From NCBI GenBank assembly GCA_963731735.1, contig CAVSWO010000002.1, positions 402,891 to 466,890 of the forward strand: a stretch of 64,000 nt of DNA, written 5' to 3'. Positions 49,397 through 59,996 of the stretch are shown in pieces. A model generated the notes under the pieces. It was not told where the DNA came from. It saw only the letters and a list, made by a program, of their open reading frames with translations, and did not search any database. Each line of letters begins with the position of its first letter. Position 1 is the stretch's first letter. The DNA comes from Candidatus Kerfeldbacteria bacterium (GTDB lineage Bacteria > Patescibacteriota > Patescibacteriia > SBBC01 > CAIJZX01). A program made the translations under genes and the position numbers.

Positions 49397-49467
49397 TACT
49401 CAAGGGCTGAGGCACGTCGGTCGCGCAAGCAAGTCGACTACCACGGTCTCTCGATACTAAATGTTGT

Positions 49468-49542
49468 TGGTGCCCCCCAGAGGAATCGAACCTCTATTAC
49501 GAGATCCGGAATCTCGCGTCCTATCCGTTGAACGAGGGAGGC
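49468..49542 (-). tRNA. tRNA-Arg (anticodon CCG), CCA encoded
   Basis: Reverse complement GCCTCCC-TC-GTTC..GGAC-G-CGAGA-TTCCGGA-TCTCG-TAAT-AGAGG-TTCGATT-CCTCT-GGGGGGC-A-CCA. Confidence 0.8.
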
Positions 49543-49612
49543 ACGCTGGCGGCGTCACTCTACCGTATTGGTTAATTTCTGCCAAGTAAAAAAAAGTACG
49601 GCCGAAGCCGTA

Positions 49613-49843
49613 CTAGGAAGCCCGTTGGATGCCGAGCATGGCAAAATCCTCGGGGAGGAGCGGCGGCGAAGTGCCGTCGCAGACTTTGACGTGCGCATCG
49701 AACGCACCGGCGATGATCTTGCGGTTGCAAGCCGGACAGGTCGTGCAGCAGGGAGTGAGGTGGGCGACTGATTGCCCGAATTCGGGATGGTGACAATCGC
49801 AATCACACTCGATCAAGGAACGAACGCAGGTACTAGACATCAT
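49613..49843 (-). CDS. small Cys-rich (9 Cys) putative metal-binding protein
   Basis: AAGGAG lies 6 nt upstream of ATGATG. ...IECDCDCHHPEFG...PCCTTCPACN...VKVCDG. Confidence 0.45.
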   Translation of the reverse strand: MMSSTCVRSLIECDCDCHHPEFGQSVAHLTPCCTTCPACNRKIIAGAFDAHVKVCDGTSPPLLPEDFAMLGIQRAS

Positions 49844-49978
49844 ATTCTCCTTTCAAAAGAGCCTAACGCTACCCTAACGGATTTTTCTTCAATAAACTAG
49901 CCATGAGATAAAACGTAACATGGCTGGGATTGTGGATAACTTTTTCATGACGTGCAAAATACCGCCTAAAACGGGGGC

Positions 49979-50007
49979 TTGACGGGTTTTATTGCCAGGT
50001 GTATGAT
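49979..50007 (+). promoter_or_regulatory. sigma70 promoter TTGACG-17-TATGAT
   Basis: Near-consensus hexamers with a 17-nt spacer. It sits ~250 nt upstream of the first small paralog gene. Confidence 0.6.
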
Positions 50008-50179
50008 TCTCCTCCGGTTAATTGACAAGTAGTTCCGAGGAACGAAAAAAGAAGCGCTGGATCTCCACCCCATCATCACCGTCTCATCGAGACACCCAGC
50101 CCTTCAATTTTCACCCCCTCACTAACTACTTCTCAACCAAACCACCCCATTCGCACCTTCGTCCTATCGGACACCCCCC

Positions 50180-50245
50180 AACCCCGCACCTTCTCGTGAG
50201 TCCCCTCAAAAGGACTCTTTTTCTTTGTTGCTTTTTCGGGTTAGG
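50180..50245 (+). promoter_or_regulatory. leader-internal intrinsic terminator (attenuator candidate)
   Basis: gagtcc-cctcaaaa-ggactc hairpin followed by tttttctttgttgcttttt, lying inside the 5' leader. Confidence 0.45.
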
Positions 50246-50261
50246 GGAGTAGGATGAAGAC

Positions 50262-50507
50262 ATGGGTAGCCATATGCTGACAATTCACGGCCACAAGGTC
50301 TACTGCGATTCAGACCACGAGTATCACGGACTGAAGTATTTGATGTACGACTTGGATGAAGACTCGGTTAAAGAACTCTTTGCCCAGGTTGAACATGACC
50401 GCGAGGTGCCGTTCGAAGACAAAGAGCATCGCAAGTTCGCACTGGTCGACGGAGAAAACGGATCGTTTACCGTAGTCAGCCATGGACACGCCAGCGGCTG
50501 GTTCTAA
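50262..50507 (+). CDS. small paralog family protein, copy 1
   Basis: GGGGAGTAGGA SD. LTIHGHKVY...ELFAQVEH... is shared with copies 2-4. Confidence 0.5.
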   Translation: MGSHMLTIHGHKVYCDSDHEYHGLKYLMYDLDEDSVKELFAQVEHDREVPFEDKEHRKFALVDGENGSFTVVSHGHASGWF

Positions 50508-50727
50508 CGTTCGGTTACACGTTCAAGGCCACACCGTGGTGGGAACCGTTGAAGCCGTACGGCATTTACGTCGACTCTCTTCCATGTCATTGAGTCAACT
50601 TTTCTTACAAGCCAAAGAACACGGCGCTTCAACCGTCACGATTGATGGCGCGGCTTGGACGCTGAATCGGATGCCGGACCATACTTTTACCTTGACCCAA
50701 GGCGCCGCCCACCAGCAGATTCTCTAA
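50482..50727 (+). CDS. small paralog family protein, copy 2
   Basis: LHVQGHTVVGTVEAVRHLRRLS..LSQLFLQAKEHGASTVTIDG. Overlaps copy 1 by 26 nt. Confidence 0.45.
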   Translation: MDTPAAGSNVRLHVQGHTVVGTVEAVRHLRRLSSMSLSQLFLQAKEHGASTVTIDGAAWTLNRMPDHTFTLTQGAAHQQIL

Positions 50728-50767
50728 GGCTCGACGAATGCGGTGAGAGTTGCTAGACTAGCCCCCG

Positions 50768-51019
50768 ATGGCACTTGAACGTAAAGCGGTTCCGGAGCTG
50801 ATCAACGTCCACCAGGTCTATGCCCATAAAGACGTGATTCGGTTTCTCAAGAACTCTGACAAAGAATTTGTGGAAGGACTTTTTTATCAGGCCAAACGCT
50901 ATGGACGAGCTGAATTTGAATTTAGCGATGTGTCGTATGTGATTCTTCGCAACCGTGACTTTTCGTTTACGATTGAAGAAAATCCCGATACCGATCTTTC
51001 AACTGAGGCCTTCTCCTAA
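50768..51019 (+). CDS. small paralog family protein, copy 3
   Basis: LINVHQVYAHKDVIRFLKNSDKEFVEGLFYQAKRYGRAEFEF. Confidence 0.5.
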   Translation: MALERKAVPELINVHQVYAHKDVIRFLKNSDKEFVEGLFYQAKRYGRAEFEFSDVSYVILRNRDFSFTIEENPDTDLSTEAFS

Positions 51020-51025
51020 GCACCC

Positions 51026-52348
51026 ATGTCGCCACTGAATCTCATCCGTCGCATCCTCCCCCGGCGCTGGCTGCGTGCTTATCACCGATTCTTAGCCCTG
51101 CTGGCCGGGTATTGGTACGGCCGACCATCGCGTCATGTTGTGGTTGTTGGAATTACGGGCACGGACGGCAAAACGACCACTGCCGCGTTGGTCGCGCACC
51201 TGTTATCTGATCCAGATCGAACAGCCGGTTTACTGACCACGGCCATCATTGATGACGGTCAGCGGCGCTGGCTGAACGAACAACACATGACTATGCCGGG
51301 CCGTTTTCAGTTGCAGCGGATGCTCAAGGCCATGCGGCAACACGGCTGCCGATACGCGGTGCTGGAAGTATCTTCCGAAGGGCTCTTACAACATCGTCAT
51401 CGGGGTATCGATTTTGACGGCGCGCTGCTGACTAACCTCTCGCCGGAACATTTGGATGCCCACGGAAGTTTTGAGGCCTATCGGAATACTAAAGGTCGTT
51501 TATTTAATCAAATTATTCGAGGCGGGGACAAGACGCTTGGCGGCCAAGCGATTCCGAAATTTTCAGTCGTCAACTTGGACGACCCGGCCGCGGAATATTT
51601 TTTATCTTTTTGGGCCGAGCAAAAACATGGTTTCACACTGACACATCATCCGGCGCCAAACCTCGATATGCCGGTTAAGGTTTGGGCGGGCGAAGCCATG
51701 ACGAACGGTCCGGCCAGCAGCCGCTTCACGGTGGATGGACATGCTTTGGAAGTTCCGCTACCCGGACAATATAACGTGGCGAATGCGCTGGCCGCGGTGA
51801 CCGTAGCCAGAATATTGGGAGTCAGCTGGGAGAACATTGCCGAACGACTTCGTCAGTTCCCGGGTGTCCCTGGCCGCTATCAAACACTCCCGTTACCGAA
51901 CGGGGCGCAGGCGGTGATCGACTATGCCTTAACGCCAGCCGCACTCGAAGCTTTTTACCGCACGCTTAAACAAAACGGCGCCAAACGAATCCTGGCCGTC
52001 TTTGGTGCGGCCGGTGGCGGGCGCGATAGCTGGAAACGTCCCGAGCTTGGCAGAATCGCGGCCGCCCAAGCCGACCGGATTTGGTTAACGACGGATGATC
52101 CGTATGATGAAGATCCCGCGGCGATTGCCGCGGCAATCGCCGCGGGCATCCCCAAAGATCAACTGGGAAAAGCTCAAACCGTTTTGTACCGCCGGGAGGC
52201 TATCAAGATGGCGATTGCGATGGCGCAGCCGGGTGATGTCGTCGCGATTACCGGGATGGGCTCAGAAACCTCGATGGTTATCAAGGGTAAGCGGGTAGCG
52301 TGGAACGATGCCCAAGCGGTTACTGAGCTGGCAAATGGGGCCAAATAG
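51026..52348 (+). CDS. murE: Mur ligase family protein (MurE-like)
   Basis: GITGTDGKTTT (P-loop), VLEVSSEGL and TNLSPEHLDAHG motifs. Confidence 0.7.
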   Translation: MSPLNLIRRILPRRWLRAYHRFLALLAGYWYGRPSRHVVVVGITGTDGKTTTAALVAHLLSDPDRTAGLLTTAIIDDGQRRWLNEQHMTMPGRFQLQRMLKAMRQHGCRYAVLEVSSEGLLQHRHRGIDFDGALLTNLSPEHLDAHGSFEAYRNTKGRLFNQIIRGGDKTLGGQAIPKFSVVNLDDPAAEYFLSFWAEQKHGFTLTHHPAPNLDMPVKVWAGEAMTNGPASSRFTVDGHALEVPLPGQYNVANALAAVTVARILGVSWENIAERLRQFPGVPGRYQTLPLPNGAQAVIDYALTPAALEAFYRTLKQNGAKRILAVFGAAGGGRDSWKRPELGRIAAAQADRIWLTTDDPYDEDPAAIAAAIAAGIPKDQLGKAQTVLYRREAIKMAIAMAQPGDVVAITGMGSETSMVIKGKRVAWNDAQAVTELANGAK

Positions 52349-52648
52349 GGAAATTTGACTGTGGATGAACATCGGAAAAGCCTGGGGACAAGAATTCAGA
52401 AGGATATCCCCAAGCCCAAATTTATTTCCCTAACCTTAGCCAAAAAAAATATATTGACAAAAATTTCGGCTTGCGCTTGACAGTCACTTATATTCCTGGT
52501 ACTCTCGAACAACGTTTTCGTTAGATTACCGCTAGTATTTTTAGCGCATATTCAGCTCGTTTAGGCGAGCAAACTCGCGCCGGGCACGTCCTGGCAACCT
52601 TTATCAGCTAACCCAACTTCCCGTTATCCAACCGGGAAGGGGGCTCTT

Positions 52649-55600
52649 GTGTTCATGTCTCCTGAAACGCAACTTCGCGAACGAAAGGTTTTTACTACGA
52701 TCCACGAAGCCACGCCGCTGCCGAATCTGATCGAGATTCAGCGCCGGAGTTACGACTGGTTTTTTCGTGAAGGGCTGAAAGAGTTATTTGAAGAAATCTC
52801 ACCGGTCAAAGACTTCATTGGCCGAGATTTGGAATTGTCATTTCTGGATTATTACCTGGACGAACCGAAGTTCGACGAAGTTACCGCCAAAGGAAAAAAC
52901 ATTTCATTCGAAGCCGCCCTGCGCGTGCAGGTACGATTGGTCAATAAAAAGACTGGTGAGATTAAGGAACAGGAAATCTACCTCGGAGATTTCCCCTTAA
53001 TGACCGATCGCGGCACCTTTATTATTAATGGCATTGAGCGCGTCGTGGTTAGCCAGCTGATTCGATCGGCTGGCGTATTTTTTACGGCCGAAATGATTCG
53101 AGGCCGCCGGTACTACGGCGCCAAGATAATTCCGAACCGCGGCGCCTGGTTAGAATTGGAAACTGACGCGAATGGGGTGATTTCGGTCAAGATCGATCGC
53201 AAACGCAAAGTGCCGATCACGACGCTCTTGCGCGCGTTTGGCATGGGCACCGATGCCGACCTGAAGGATTTGTTTAAAGAAGTCGATACCCATCCGGACG
53301 TGAAGTATATGGAAGCGACGATTGCCAAAGATTCTTCGCATGACGAGAATGAAGGCTTGAAAGAAGTCTACAAGCGGATTCGACCGGGCGATTTGGCCAC
53401 CATCGATAACGCCCGTGATTTAATTTATAAAATGTTTTTCTCGTTCGACCGCTACGACTTCGGTCGGGTTGGACGATATAAACTGAACACCCGATTCGGA
53501 TTCGATCGGCCGAATACCAAAGAGTATCGCGTCCTCCAGAAGGATGATCTGCTGGCGATTGTGAAAGAAATTATCCGTTTGAATAATTCGCAAAAGGATC
53601 CGGATGATATCGACCACCTCGGTAACCGACGCGTCCGCGCCATCGGTGAATTAGTCCAAAATAAATTCCGAGTTGGTTTGGCCCGGATGGAGCGCATCAT
53701 TAAAGATCGCATGTCGACGCTCGATATCAATACCCTCACGCCGAACCAATTAATAAATGCTCGGCCGGTGATCGGGTCGATCAAAGAATTCTTCATGAGT
53801 TCGCAGCTGTCGCAATTCATGGACCAAACCAATCCACTGGCTGAACTTGAACACAAGCGTCGTTTGTCGGCCATGGGCCCGGGCGGCTTGTCCCGTGAAC
53901 GCGCCGGTTTCGATGTCCGTGACGTACACCGCACGCACTACGGTCGGATTTGTCCGATCGAAACGCCGGAAGGACCGAATATCGGCTTGGTTGGTCATCT
54001 GTCGAGCTATGCCCGTGTCAACGATTATGGATTTATTGAAACACCGTTCCGCAAAGTTGTGCACGATGTTCCGAATGACGGTACCAGCGCCGTCGGAGAG
54101 ATCGCTCGCGGTCACCAGGGTGATATCAAGGACGGTGAAAAAATCACGGCCGCCCAGGCCAAAACCCTGAAAGGAAATGGCGCCAAAACGGTGGCGGTCA
54201 AACCACGCGTGACCGATCAAGTTATCTACCTCGATGCGTTTACGGAGGAACAACACATCACCACCGCCGCGACCACGCCCATTGACGAACACGGATACTT
54301 TACCGTTGACAAGGTGGAGGTTCGCGAACATGGCGAACCGACCATCGGAGCGGTTGAAACGATCGATTACATGGATGTGTCACCGAAACAGATCGTGTCG
54401 ATTGCGACCGCCTTGATTCCATTTCTTGAACATGATGACGCCGTTCGCGCCTTGATGGGCTCAAACATGCAACGCCAAGCAGTTTCCTGTATTAAACCGG
54501 ACGCGCCAATCGTCGGTACCGGGGCTGAAGCCCGAGCGGCGGCCGATTCCGGCCAAGTCGTCCTGGCCCAGAAAAGCGGCAAGATTATTAAAGTCGATGC
54601 CAATGAAATTCAGCTGATGGAGGATGACGGCAATATTCGGACCTACAGTCTGCGAACCTTCTTCCGTTCTAACGCCTCTACCTCAATCAACCAAAAGCCG
54701 GTGGTCATGCCGGGTCAGCGCGTGGAAGCCGGGGGCTTACTCGCCGACGGAGCCGCGACCGAGAATGGCGAGCTCGCCCTGGGCCAAAACTTGGTCGTCG
54801 CCTTTATCCCGTGGGAAGGCGGAAACTATGAAGACGCCATCCTGATTTCGGAACGCGTGGTTCAGCAAGATCGCTATACGTCCGTCCATATCGAGGACTA
54901 TACGATTGATGTCCGCGATACAAAACTCGGACCGGAAGTTGTGACGCGAGATATTCCAAACATCTCAGAAGAGAAGTTGAAAGATTTGGATGAAGAAGGC
55001 GTGGTTCGAATCGGAGCGACGGTCCAATCCGGTGATATTTTGGTCGGGAAAATTACTCCCAAAGGCGAAACCGAACTGTCAGCCGAAGAAAAACTCTTAC
55101 GTGCTATTTTTGGTGAGAAGGCCAAAGATGTGAAAGACTCGAGTCTCTACTTGGAACACGGTGAACACGGTAAAGTCGTTGATATTAAAGTTTTCTCGCG
55201 CGAAAAAGGCGATAAACTTTCAAGCGGCGTAATTAAGCAGATTCAAATTTCGGTCGCTCAACTGCGTAAGATCCAAGTGGGTGACAAAATGGCCGGCCGA
55301 CACGGGAACAAAGGCGTGATTTCCCGAATTGTGGCGGTGGAAGATATGCCATACTTGGCTGACGGTACGCCGGTGGATATTATTCTCAACCCGCTGGGCG
55401 TTGCTTCACGCATGAACCTTGGCCAAATTTTGGAAACGCACCTCGGTTTTGCAGCCAAGTTACTCGGTTTCCGCGTGGCCTCACCGGTCCTCGACGGCTT
55501 GCCCGAATCCATGATCCGCGACCTGCTCAAGCAGGCCGGCTTACCGAAAGACGGCAAGATGACAGTCTTCGACGGCCGGACCGGCAAACCTTTTGATCTG

Positions 55601-56065
55601 CCCGTCACGGTCGGTGTGATGTATGTCTTAAAGCTTAACCACTTGGTTGAGGATAAAATTCACCAACGCTCCATCGGTCCATACTCATTGGTAACCCAGC
55701 AGCCATTAGGCGGTAAGGCCCAATTCGGCGGCCAACGCTTTGGTGAAATGGAAGTTTGGGCGCTGGAAGCTTATGGTGCCTCGCACATGTTGCAGGAAAT
55801 GTTGACGATTAAATCCGATGACGTAGCGGGTCGGTCAAAAGCCTATGAAGCGGTCATTAAAGGTGAACCGATTCGAAAATTGAACGTGCCGGAATCATTT
55901 AACGTGTTGGTCCGAGAATTGAAAGGTCTCGGCCTGGAAGTTGATTTGATCGGTGCCGAAGTTCGACCGGATGACGACGATGAAGATGAGAAGCCGCGGG
56001 AGAAAACCGTCGAACCCGCTGAACCGGCTAAAGCCAAACCTGAGCCAGTAACGGAGGAAGCCTAA
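52649..56065 (+). CDS. rpoB: DNA-directed RNA polymerase subunit beta
   Basis: Full-length beta subunit with conserved blocks (e.g. [20 protein letters not shown]). Confidence 0.97.
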   Translation: MFMSPETQLRERKVFTTIHEATPLPNLIEIQRRSYDWFFREGLKELFEEISPVKDFIGRDLELSFLDYYLDEPKFDEVTAKGKNISFEAALRVQVRLVNKKTGEIKEQEIYLGDFPLMTDRGTFIINGIERVVVSQLIRSAGVFFTAEMIRGRRYYGAKIIPNRGAWLELETDANGVISVKIDRKRKVPITTLLRAFGMGTDADLKDLFKEVDTHPDVKYMEATIAKDSSHDENEGLKEVYKRIRPGDLATIDNARDLIYKMFFSFDRYDFGRVGRYKLNTRFGFDRPNTKEYRVLQKDDLLAIVKEIIRLNNSQKDPDDIDHLGNRRVRAIGELVQNKFRVGLARMERIIKDRMSTLDINTLTPNQLINARPVIGSIKEFFMSSQLSQFMDQTNPLAELEHKRRLSAMGPGGLSRERAGFDVRDVHRTHYGRICPIETPEGPNIGLVGHLSSYARVNDYGFIETPFRKVVHDVPNDGTSAVGEIARGHQGDIKDGEKITAAQAKTLKGNGAKTVAVKPRVTDQVIYLDAFTEEQHITTAATTPIDEHGYFTVDKVEVREHGEPTIGAVETIDYMDVSPKQIVSIATALIPFLEHDDAVRALMGSNMQRQAVSCIKPDAPIVGTGAEARAAADSGQVVLAQKSGKIIKVDANEIQLMEDDGNIRTYSLRTFFRSNASTSINQKPVVMPGQRVEAGGLLADGAATENGELALGQNLVVAFIPWEGGNYEDAILISERVVQQDRYTSVHIEDYTIDVRDTKLGPEVVTRDIPNISEEKLKDLDEEGVVRIGATVQSGDILVGKITPKGETELSAEEKLLRAIFGEKAKDVKDSSLYLEHGEHGKVVDIKVFSREKGDKLSSGVIKQIQISVAQLRKIQVGDKMAGRHGNKGVISRIVAVEDMPYLADGTPVDIILNPLGVASRMNLGQILETHLGFAAKLLGFRVASPVLDGLPESMIRDLLKQAGLPKDGKMTVFDGRTGKPFDLPVTVGVMYVLKLNHLVEDKIHQRSIGPYSLVTQQPLGGKAQFGGQRFGEMEVWALEAYGASHMLQEMLTIKSDDVAGRSKAYEAVIKGEPIRKLNVPESFNVLVRELKGLGLEVDLIGAEVRPDDDDEDEKPREKTVEPAEPAKAKPEPVTEEA

Positions 56066-56069
56066 ATTT

Positions 56070-59000
56070 ATGTCCTACGAAGAACTGCACGCCGTCGATT
56101 TTAAAGCCATCCGACTGAAAGTCGCCTCACCCGACGATATTCACCGTTGGTCCTATGGCGAAGTAACCAAACCGGAAACCATCAACTACCGGACCCAAAA
56201 ACCGGAAAAATCTGGCTTGTTTGCCGAAGAAATTTTCGGTCCGTCAAAAGACTGGGAATGTTTCTGCGGGAAGTACAAGCGCATTCGATACAAGGGTATT
56301 ATTTGCGACAAGTGCGGCGTCGAAGTAACCCGCTCGGTGGTTCGCCGTGAGCGGATGGGCCACATTGACTTGGCCGCACCAGTCTCGCACATCTGGTTTT
56401 TGCGCGGCGTACCATCCAAGGTGGGCTTGATGCTCGACCTGGGTGTTCAGGACTTGGAAAAAGTCGTCTATTTCGCCAACTTCATTATCACCTCGGTCAA
56501 TGAGAAGTTGCGCCAGGAAACGCTCCAGCAACTGAAAGCGGAACACGAGGCCAAGCAGAAGCAGATCGAAGCCGAATGGCATCAAAAGACCAATCATGTT
56601 AAACAACAGCTCGCCGGCGCCGACGAGAAAGGCAAGGCTGCGCACGAGAAAGAACTTGAGCAACTCAGCCTGGCCAAGACCGAACAACTGAAACTCTTGG
56701 AAGAAGCGGTTGATACAGCTGAAGACGAAATCAAGAGTCTGGCGCCACTGCAAATTTTGACCGAACAGGCCTATCAAGATCTCTCGATCAAGTACGGTCA
56801 TGTCTTTGAAGCGTCAATCGGCGCCGAAGCGATTCGTTTCCTGTTGGAAAAAATCGATTTGAATAAGATGATTGATGAGCTGGAAACTGAAGTCGAAGAC
56901 GCCAGCGAGAACAAACAACGCCGAATTATCCGCCGTCTCCGCCTGGCCAAGAACCTCAAGAACAACAATATTCGACCTGAGTGGATGATCATGACCGCCT
57001 TGCCGATCATTCCGCCGGATTTACGGCCGATGGTGCAATTGGACGGCGGCCGCTTCGCGACCTCTGATTTAAATGACCTGTACCGTCGCGTTATCAATCG
57101 CAACAATCGATTAAAACGGTTATTGGAATTGAATGCTCCGGAGGTGATTGTCCGCAACGAAAAGCGGATGCTCCAAGAAGCCGTTGATGCGTTGATTGAT
57201 AACAGCGCGCGTCATGGGAAGACCGTGACCGCTTCGACCGGTCAAAAGCGCATGCTGCGTTCGCTGGCCGACATGTTGAAAGGCAAACAAGGCCGATTCC
57301 GGCAAAACTTGCTGGGAAAACGCGTCGACTATTCCGGACGCTCAGTTATTGTGATTGGCCCGCATATGCGGCTCAATCAGTGTGGTTTACCGAAGCGCAT
57401 GGCCCTGGAACTCTTCCGTCCGTTTGTGATTTCTCAATTGATCCGACGCGAGTTAGTTCACAACGTTCGTTCGGCTGGGCGCTATATTGAAGCCGGGCAC
57501 CCGGAAGTTTGGGACATATTGGAAGAAGTGACCAAGAACGCGGCGGTACTGCTCAACCGGGCTCCGACCCTCCACCGTCTCGGGATTCAAGCTTTTCAAC
57601 CAGTCCTGATCGAAGGTAAGGCCATTCAAGTCCATCCGCTGGTTTGTTCGGCGTTCAACGCTGACTTCGACGGCGACCAAATGGCCGTGCATGTGCCGCT
57701 GACTGAACAAGCCAAGTGGGAAGCGCATAACATCATGATGTCGAGCAATAACTTGCTCAAACCCGCCACCGGTACCCCAGTGGTAACCCCGAACATGGAT
57801 ATCGTGCTGGGTTGTTACTACATGACCCAGCAAGGTGAAGAAAAGCCCTATATCTTTGCCGATGCCGATGAAGCAACCCTGGCCTATGAACAACACCGCG
57901 TGGGCCTGCAAGACCTGATCACGGTACGGATTGACGGGAAACGCATGCAGACGACGGTCGGACGAATTCAATTTAACGAAATTCTGCCGGCCAAGTTTGG
58001 CTATGTGAATGAAAGCATGGACAAGAAATCACTCAGCAACATCGTGGCCCAAGTGCTGGAGAATCACGGCAACGAAGCCGCGGTTGAATTACTGGATGCG
58101 GTCAAGCGTTTCGGCTTCCAATCCGTGACGCAATCCGGTATTTCCTGGGGGATGGGCGACTTGGAAGTTCCACCCGAAAAAGCCAAAATCTTAGCCGATG
58201 CGGATGTGAAAATCACCGAAATCCAAACCGCTTTTGATAACGGTCTGCTGACGGATGATGAGCGCTATGTGCGCGTGATTAATGTTTGGTCCCAAGCCAA
58301 AGAACAAATCCAGGCTATCTCAAAAGAATCACTCAGCAAACTCGGTCCGGTGTTCATGATGATCAACTCCGGTGCTCGCGGTTCCTGGGCCCAGACCACC
58401 CAGATGATGGGCATGAAAGGCCTGGTAGCCAACCCGTCGGGGAAAACCATGGAACTGCCGGTCAAGGCCAGCTTCAAAGAGGGCTATGACGTGCTTGAAT
58501 ATTTCATCTCGACGCACGGCGCACGAAAAGGCCTGACCGATACCGCGCTTCGAACCGCCAATGCCGGGTATCTGACCCGACGCTTGGTAGATGTTTCGCA
58601 AGACGTGGTGATTACCGCTGAAGATTGCGGTGATACTCAAGGCCTGGTTATGACGCAATCGGAAAGCGAAGCGATGGGCACTGACTTGCTGCAACGAATT
58701 ACCGGCCGCGTCCTAGCCAAAGATCTGACCGACCACAAGGGCAAAGTACTGGTTAAGGCCGGTGAACTCCTCACCTTCCCGTTAATTGAGAAACTCAAAA
58801 AGTCCACTATTGAACAAGCCGCTATCCGCTCAGTGATGTCGTGTAAAACCAAGCGCGGACTCTGTCAGCAATGCTACGGATTCGATCTTGGTCGCAATGC
58901 CATGGTCAAGCTTGGAACGGCGGTTGGTATTATCGCCGCTCAATCAATCGGTGAACCGGGTACCCAGCTGACCATGCGGACCTTCCACACCGGCGGTGTG

Positions 59001-59942
59001 GCCGGCGGTCAGGATATTACCCAAGGTCTGCCGCGGGTGGAAGAATTGTTCGAAGCCCGACCGGTCAAATTCCCCGCGGTGTTGGCTGACGTGACCGGCA
59101 AAGTTTCACTTGAGCAAGAAGGTGACCGCCGCCTGATTAATATTCAACATCAAGATGTCGGCCAGGATCGGTATGAGCTGCCCAAGAAGCGCGCCAAGGT
59201 GAAAGCGGAAATTTCGGTTAAGGATGGGCAAACCGTCAAATCCGGTCAGACCATTATGCTGCTTGGCGAAGAAAAAGTCGTGGCCCAGCACTCCGGCAAG
59301 GTAGCGATGGAAGATGATGCGGTGGTCGTTTTCTTCGATCGCGACAGCATCAAGCAGTATGAAATTCCGGCTACCTTCGTGGCTACGGTCAAAGACGGTG
59401 AATTGGTCGGTCCGGGCACGGTGCTGACCGAGGGCAGCGTCAACCTGCAGGAACTCTTCCACCTGCAAGGTCGCGAGGCCGTCCAAAAGTATATTATTAA
59501 AGAAATTCAGTTTATCTATTCGTCCCAGGGCCAATACCTGAATGACAAGCACATCGAAGTGATTGTGCGCCAGATGTTTGGCCGTGCCTACGTAACGGCC
59601 AGCGGCGACTCCGGCTTGGTGGCGGGAGAAGTGGTTGACCGCAATACCGCGGAGGCCATGATCGCCGACCTTTCGAAAGGCAAGAAACATCCGCCGCAAA
59701 TTGATCCGCTGCTGTTAGGGGTTACCAAGGCCTCGCTCAGCACCGAAAGCTGGCTCTCCGCCGCCTCGTTCCAAGAAACAGCCCGCGTCCTGATTGATGC
59801 CGCCGTTTCCGGACGAGTTGATCCACTCCGTGGCTTGAAGGAAAACGTCATTATTGGAAAACCAATTCCGGCCGGAACGGGATTTGAAACCCGCCAAAAG
59901 GAATTATCGGAATTGGACGATCTGCTCGAAAAGAAGGCCTAA
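56070..59942 (+). CDS. rpoC: DNA-directed RNA polymerase subunit beta'
   Basis: Zn-finger CGKYKRIRYKGIICDKCGVEV, NADFDGDQMAVH catalytic motif. Confidence 0.97.
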   Translation: MSYEELHAVDFKAIRLKVASPDDIHRWSYGEVTKPETINYRTQKPEKSGLFAEEIFGPSKDWECFCGKYKRIRYKGIICDKCGVEVTRSVVRRERMGHIDLAAPVSHIWFLRGVPSKVGLMLDLGVQDLEKVVYFANFIITSVNEKLRQETLQQLKAEHEAKQKQIEAEWHQKTNHVKQQLAGADEKGKAAHEKELEQLSLAKTEQLKLLEEAVDTAEDEIKSLAPLQILTEQAYQDLSIKYGHVFEASIGAEAIRFLLEKIDLNKMIDELETEVEDASENKQRRIIRRLRLAKNLKNNNIRPEWMIMTALPIIPPDLRPMVQLDGGRFATSDLNDLYRRVINRNNRLKRLLELNAPEVIVRNEKRMLQEAVDALIDNSARHGKTVTASTGQKRMLRSLADMLKGKQGRFRQNLLGKRVDYSGRSVIVIGPHMRLNQCGLPKRMALELFRPFVISQLIRRELVHNVRSAGRYIEAGHPEVWDILEEVTKNAAVLLNRAPTLHRLGIQAFQPVLIEGKAIQVHPLVCSAFNADFDGDQMAVHVPLTEQAKWEAHNIMMSSNNLLKPATGTPVVTPNMDIVLGCYYMTQQGEEKPYIFADADEATLAYEQHRVGLQDLITVRIDGKRMQTTVGRIQFNEILPAKFGYVNESMDKKSLSNIVAQVLENHGNEAAVELLDAVKRFGFQSVTQSGISWGMGDLEVPPEKAKILADADVKITEIQTAFDNGLLTDDERYVRVINVWSQAKEQIQAISKESLSKLGPVFMMINSGARGSWAQTTQMMGMKGLVANPSGKTMELPVKASFKEGYDVLEYFISTHGARKGLTDTALRTANAGYLTRRLVDVSQDVVITAEDCGDTQGLVMTQSESEAMGTDLLQRITGRVLAKDLTDHKGKVLVKAGELLTFPLIEKLKKSTIEQAAIRSVMSCKTKRGLCQQCYGFDLGRNAMVKLGTAVGIIAAQSIGEPGTQLTMRTFHTGGVAGGQDITQGLPRVEELFEARPVKFPAVLADVTGKVSLEQEGDRRLINIQHQDVGQDRYELPKKRAKVKAEISVKDGQTVKSGQTIMLLGEEKVVAQHSGKVAMEDDAVVVFFDRDSIKQYEIPATFVATVKDGELVGPGTVLTEGSVNLQELFHLQGREAVQKYIIKEIQFIYSSQGQYLNDKHIEVIVRQMFGRAYVTASGDSGLVAGEVVDRNTAEAMIADLSKGKKHPPQIDPLLLGVTKASLSTESWLSAASFQETARVLIDAAVSGRVDPLRGLKENVIIGKPIPAGTGFETRQKELSELDDLLEKKA

Positions 59943-59996
59943 AAATCGACCAATTGCGTCGCTCGGGAGCGGAAGATATGCTACACTGAGAGCTCT

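Noticed and set aside
50022-50252. 76-aa His/Pro-rich ORF spanning the leader of the paralog array
   Set aside because: Low-complexity, no SD, and overlaps the leader terminator. A leader-peptide role cannot be excluded, but a protein product is unlikely.
53113-55608. Minus-strand ORFs inside rpoB (53452-53934, 53750-54331, 55258-55608) and inside rpoC (56244-56801, 57453-57971, 59106-59699)
   Set aside because: Antisense to highly conserved RNAP genes.
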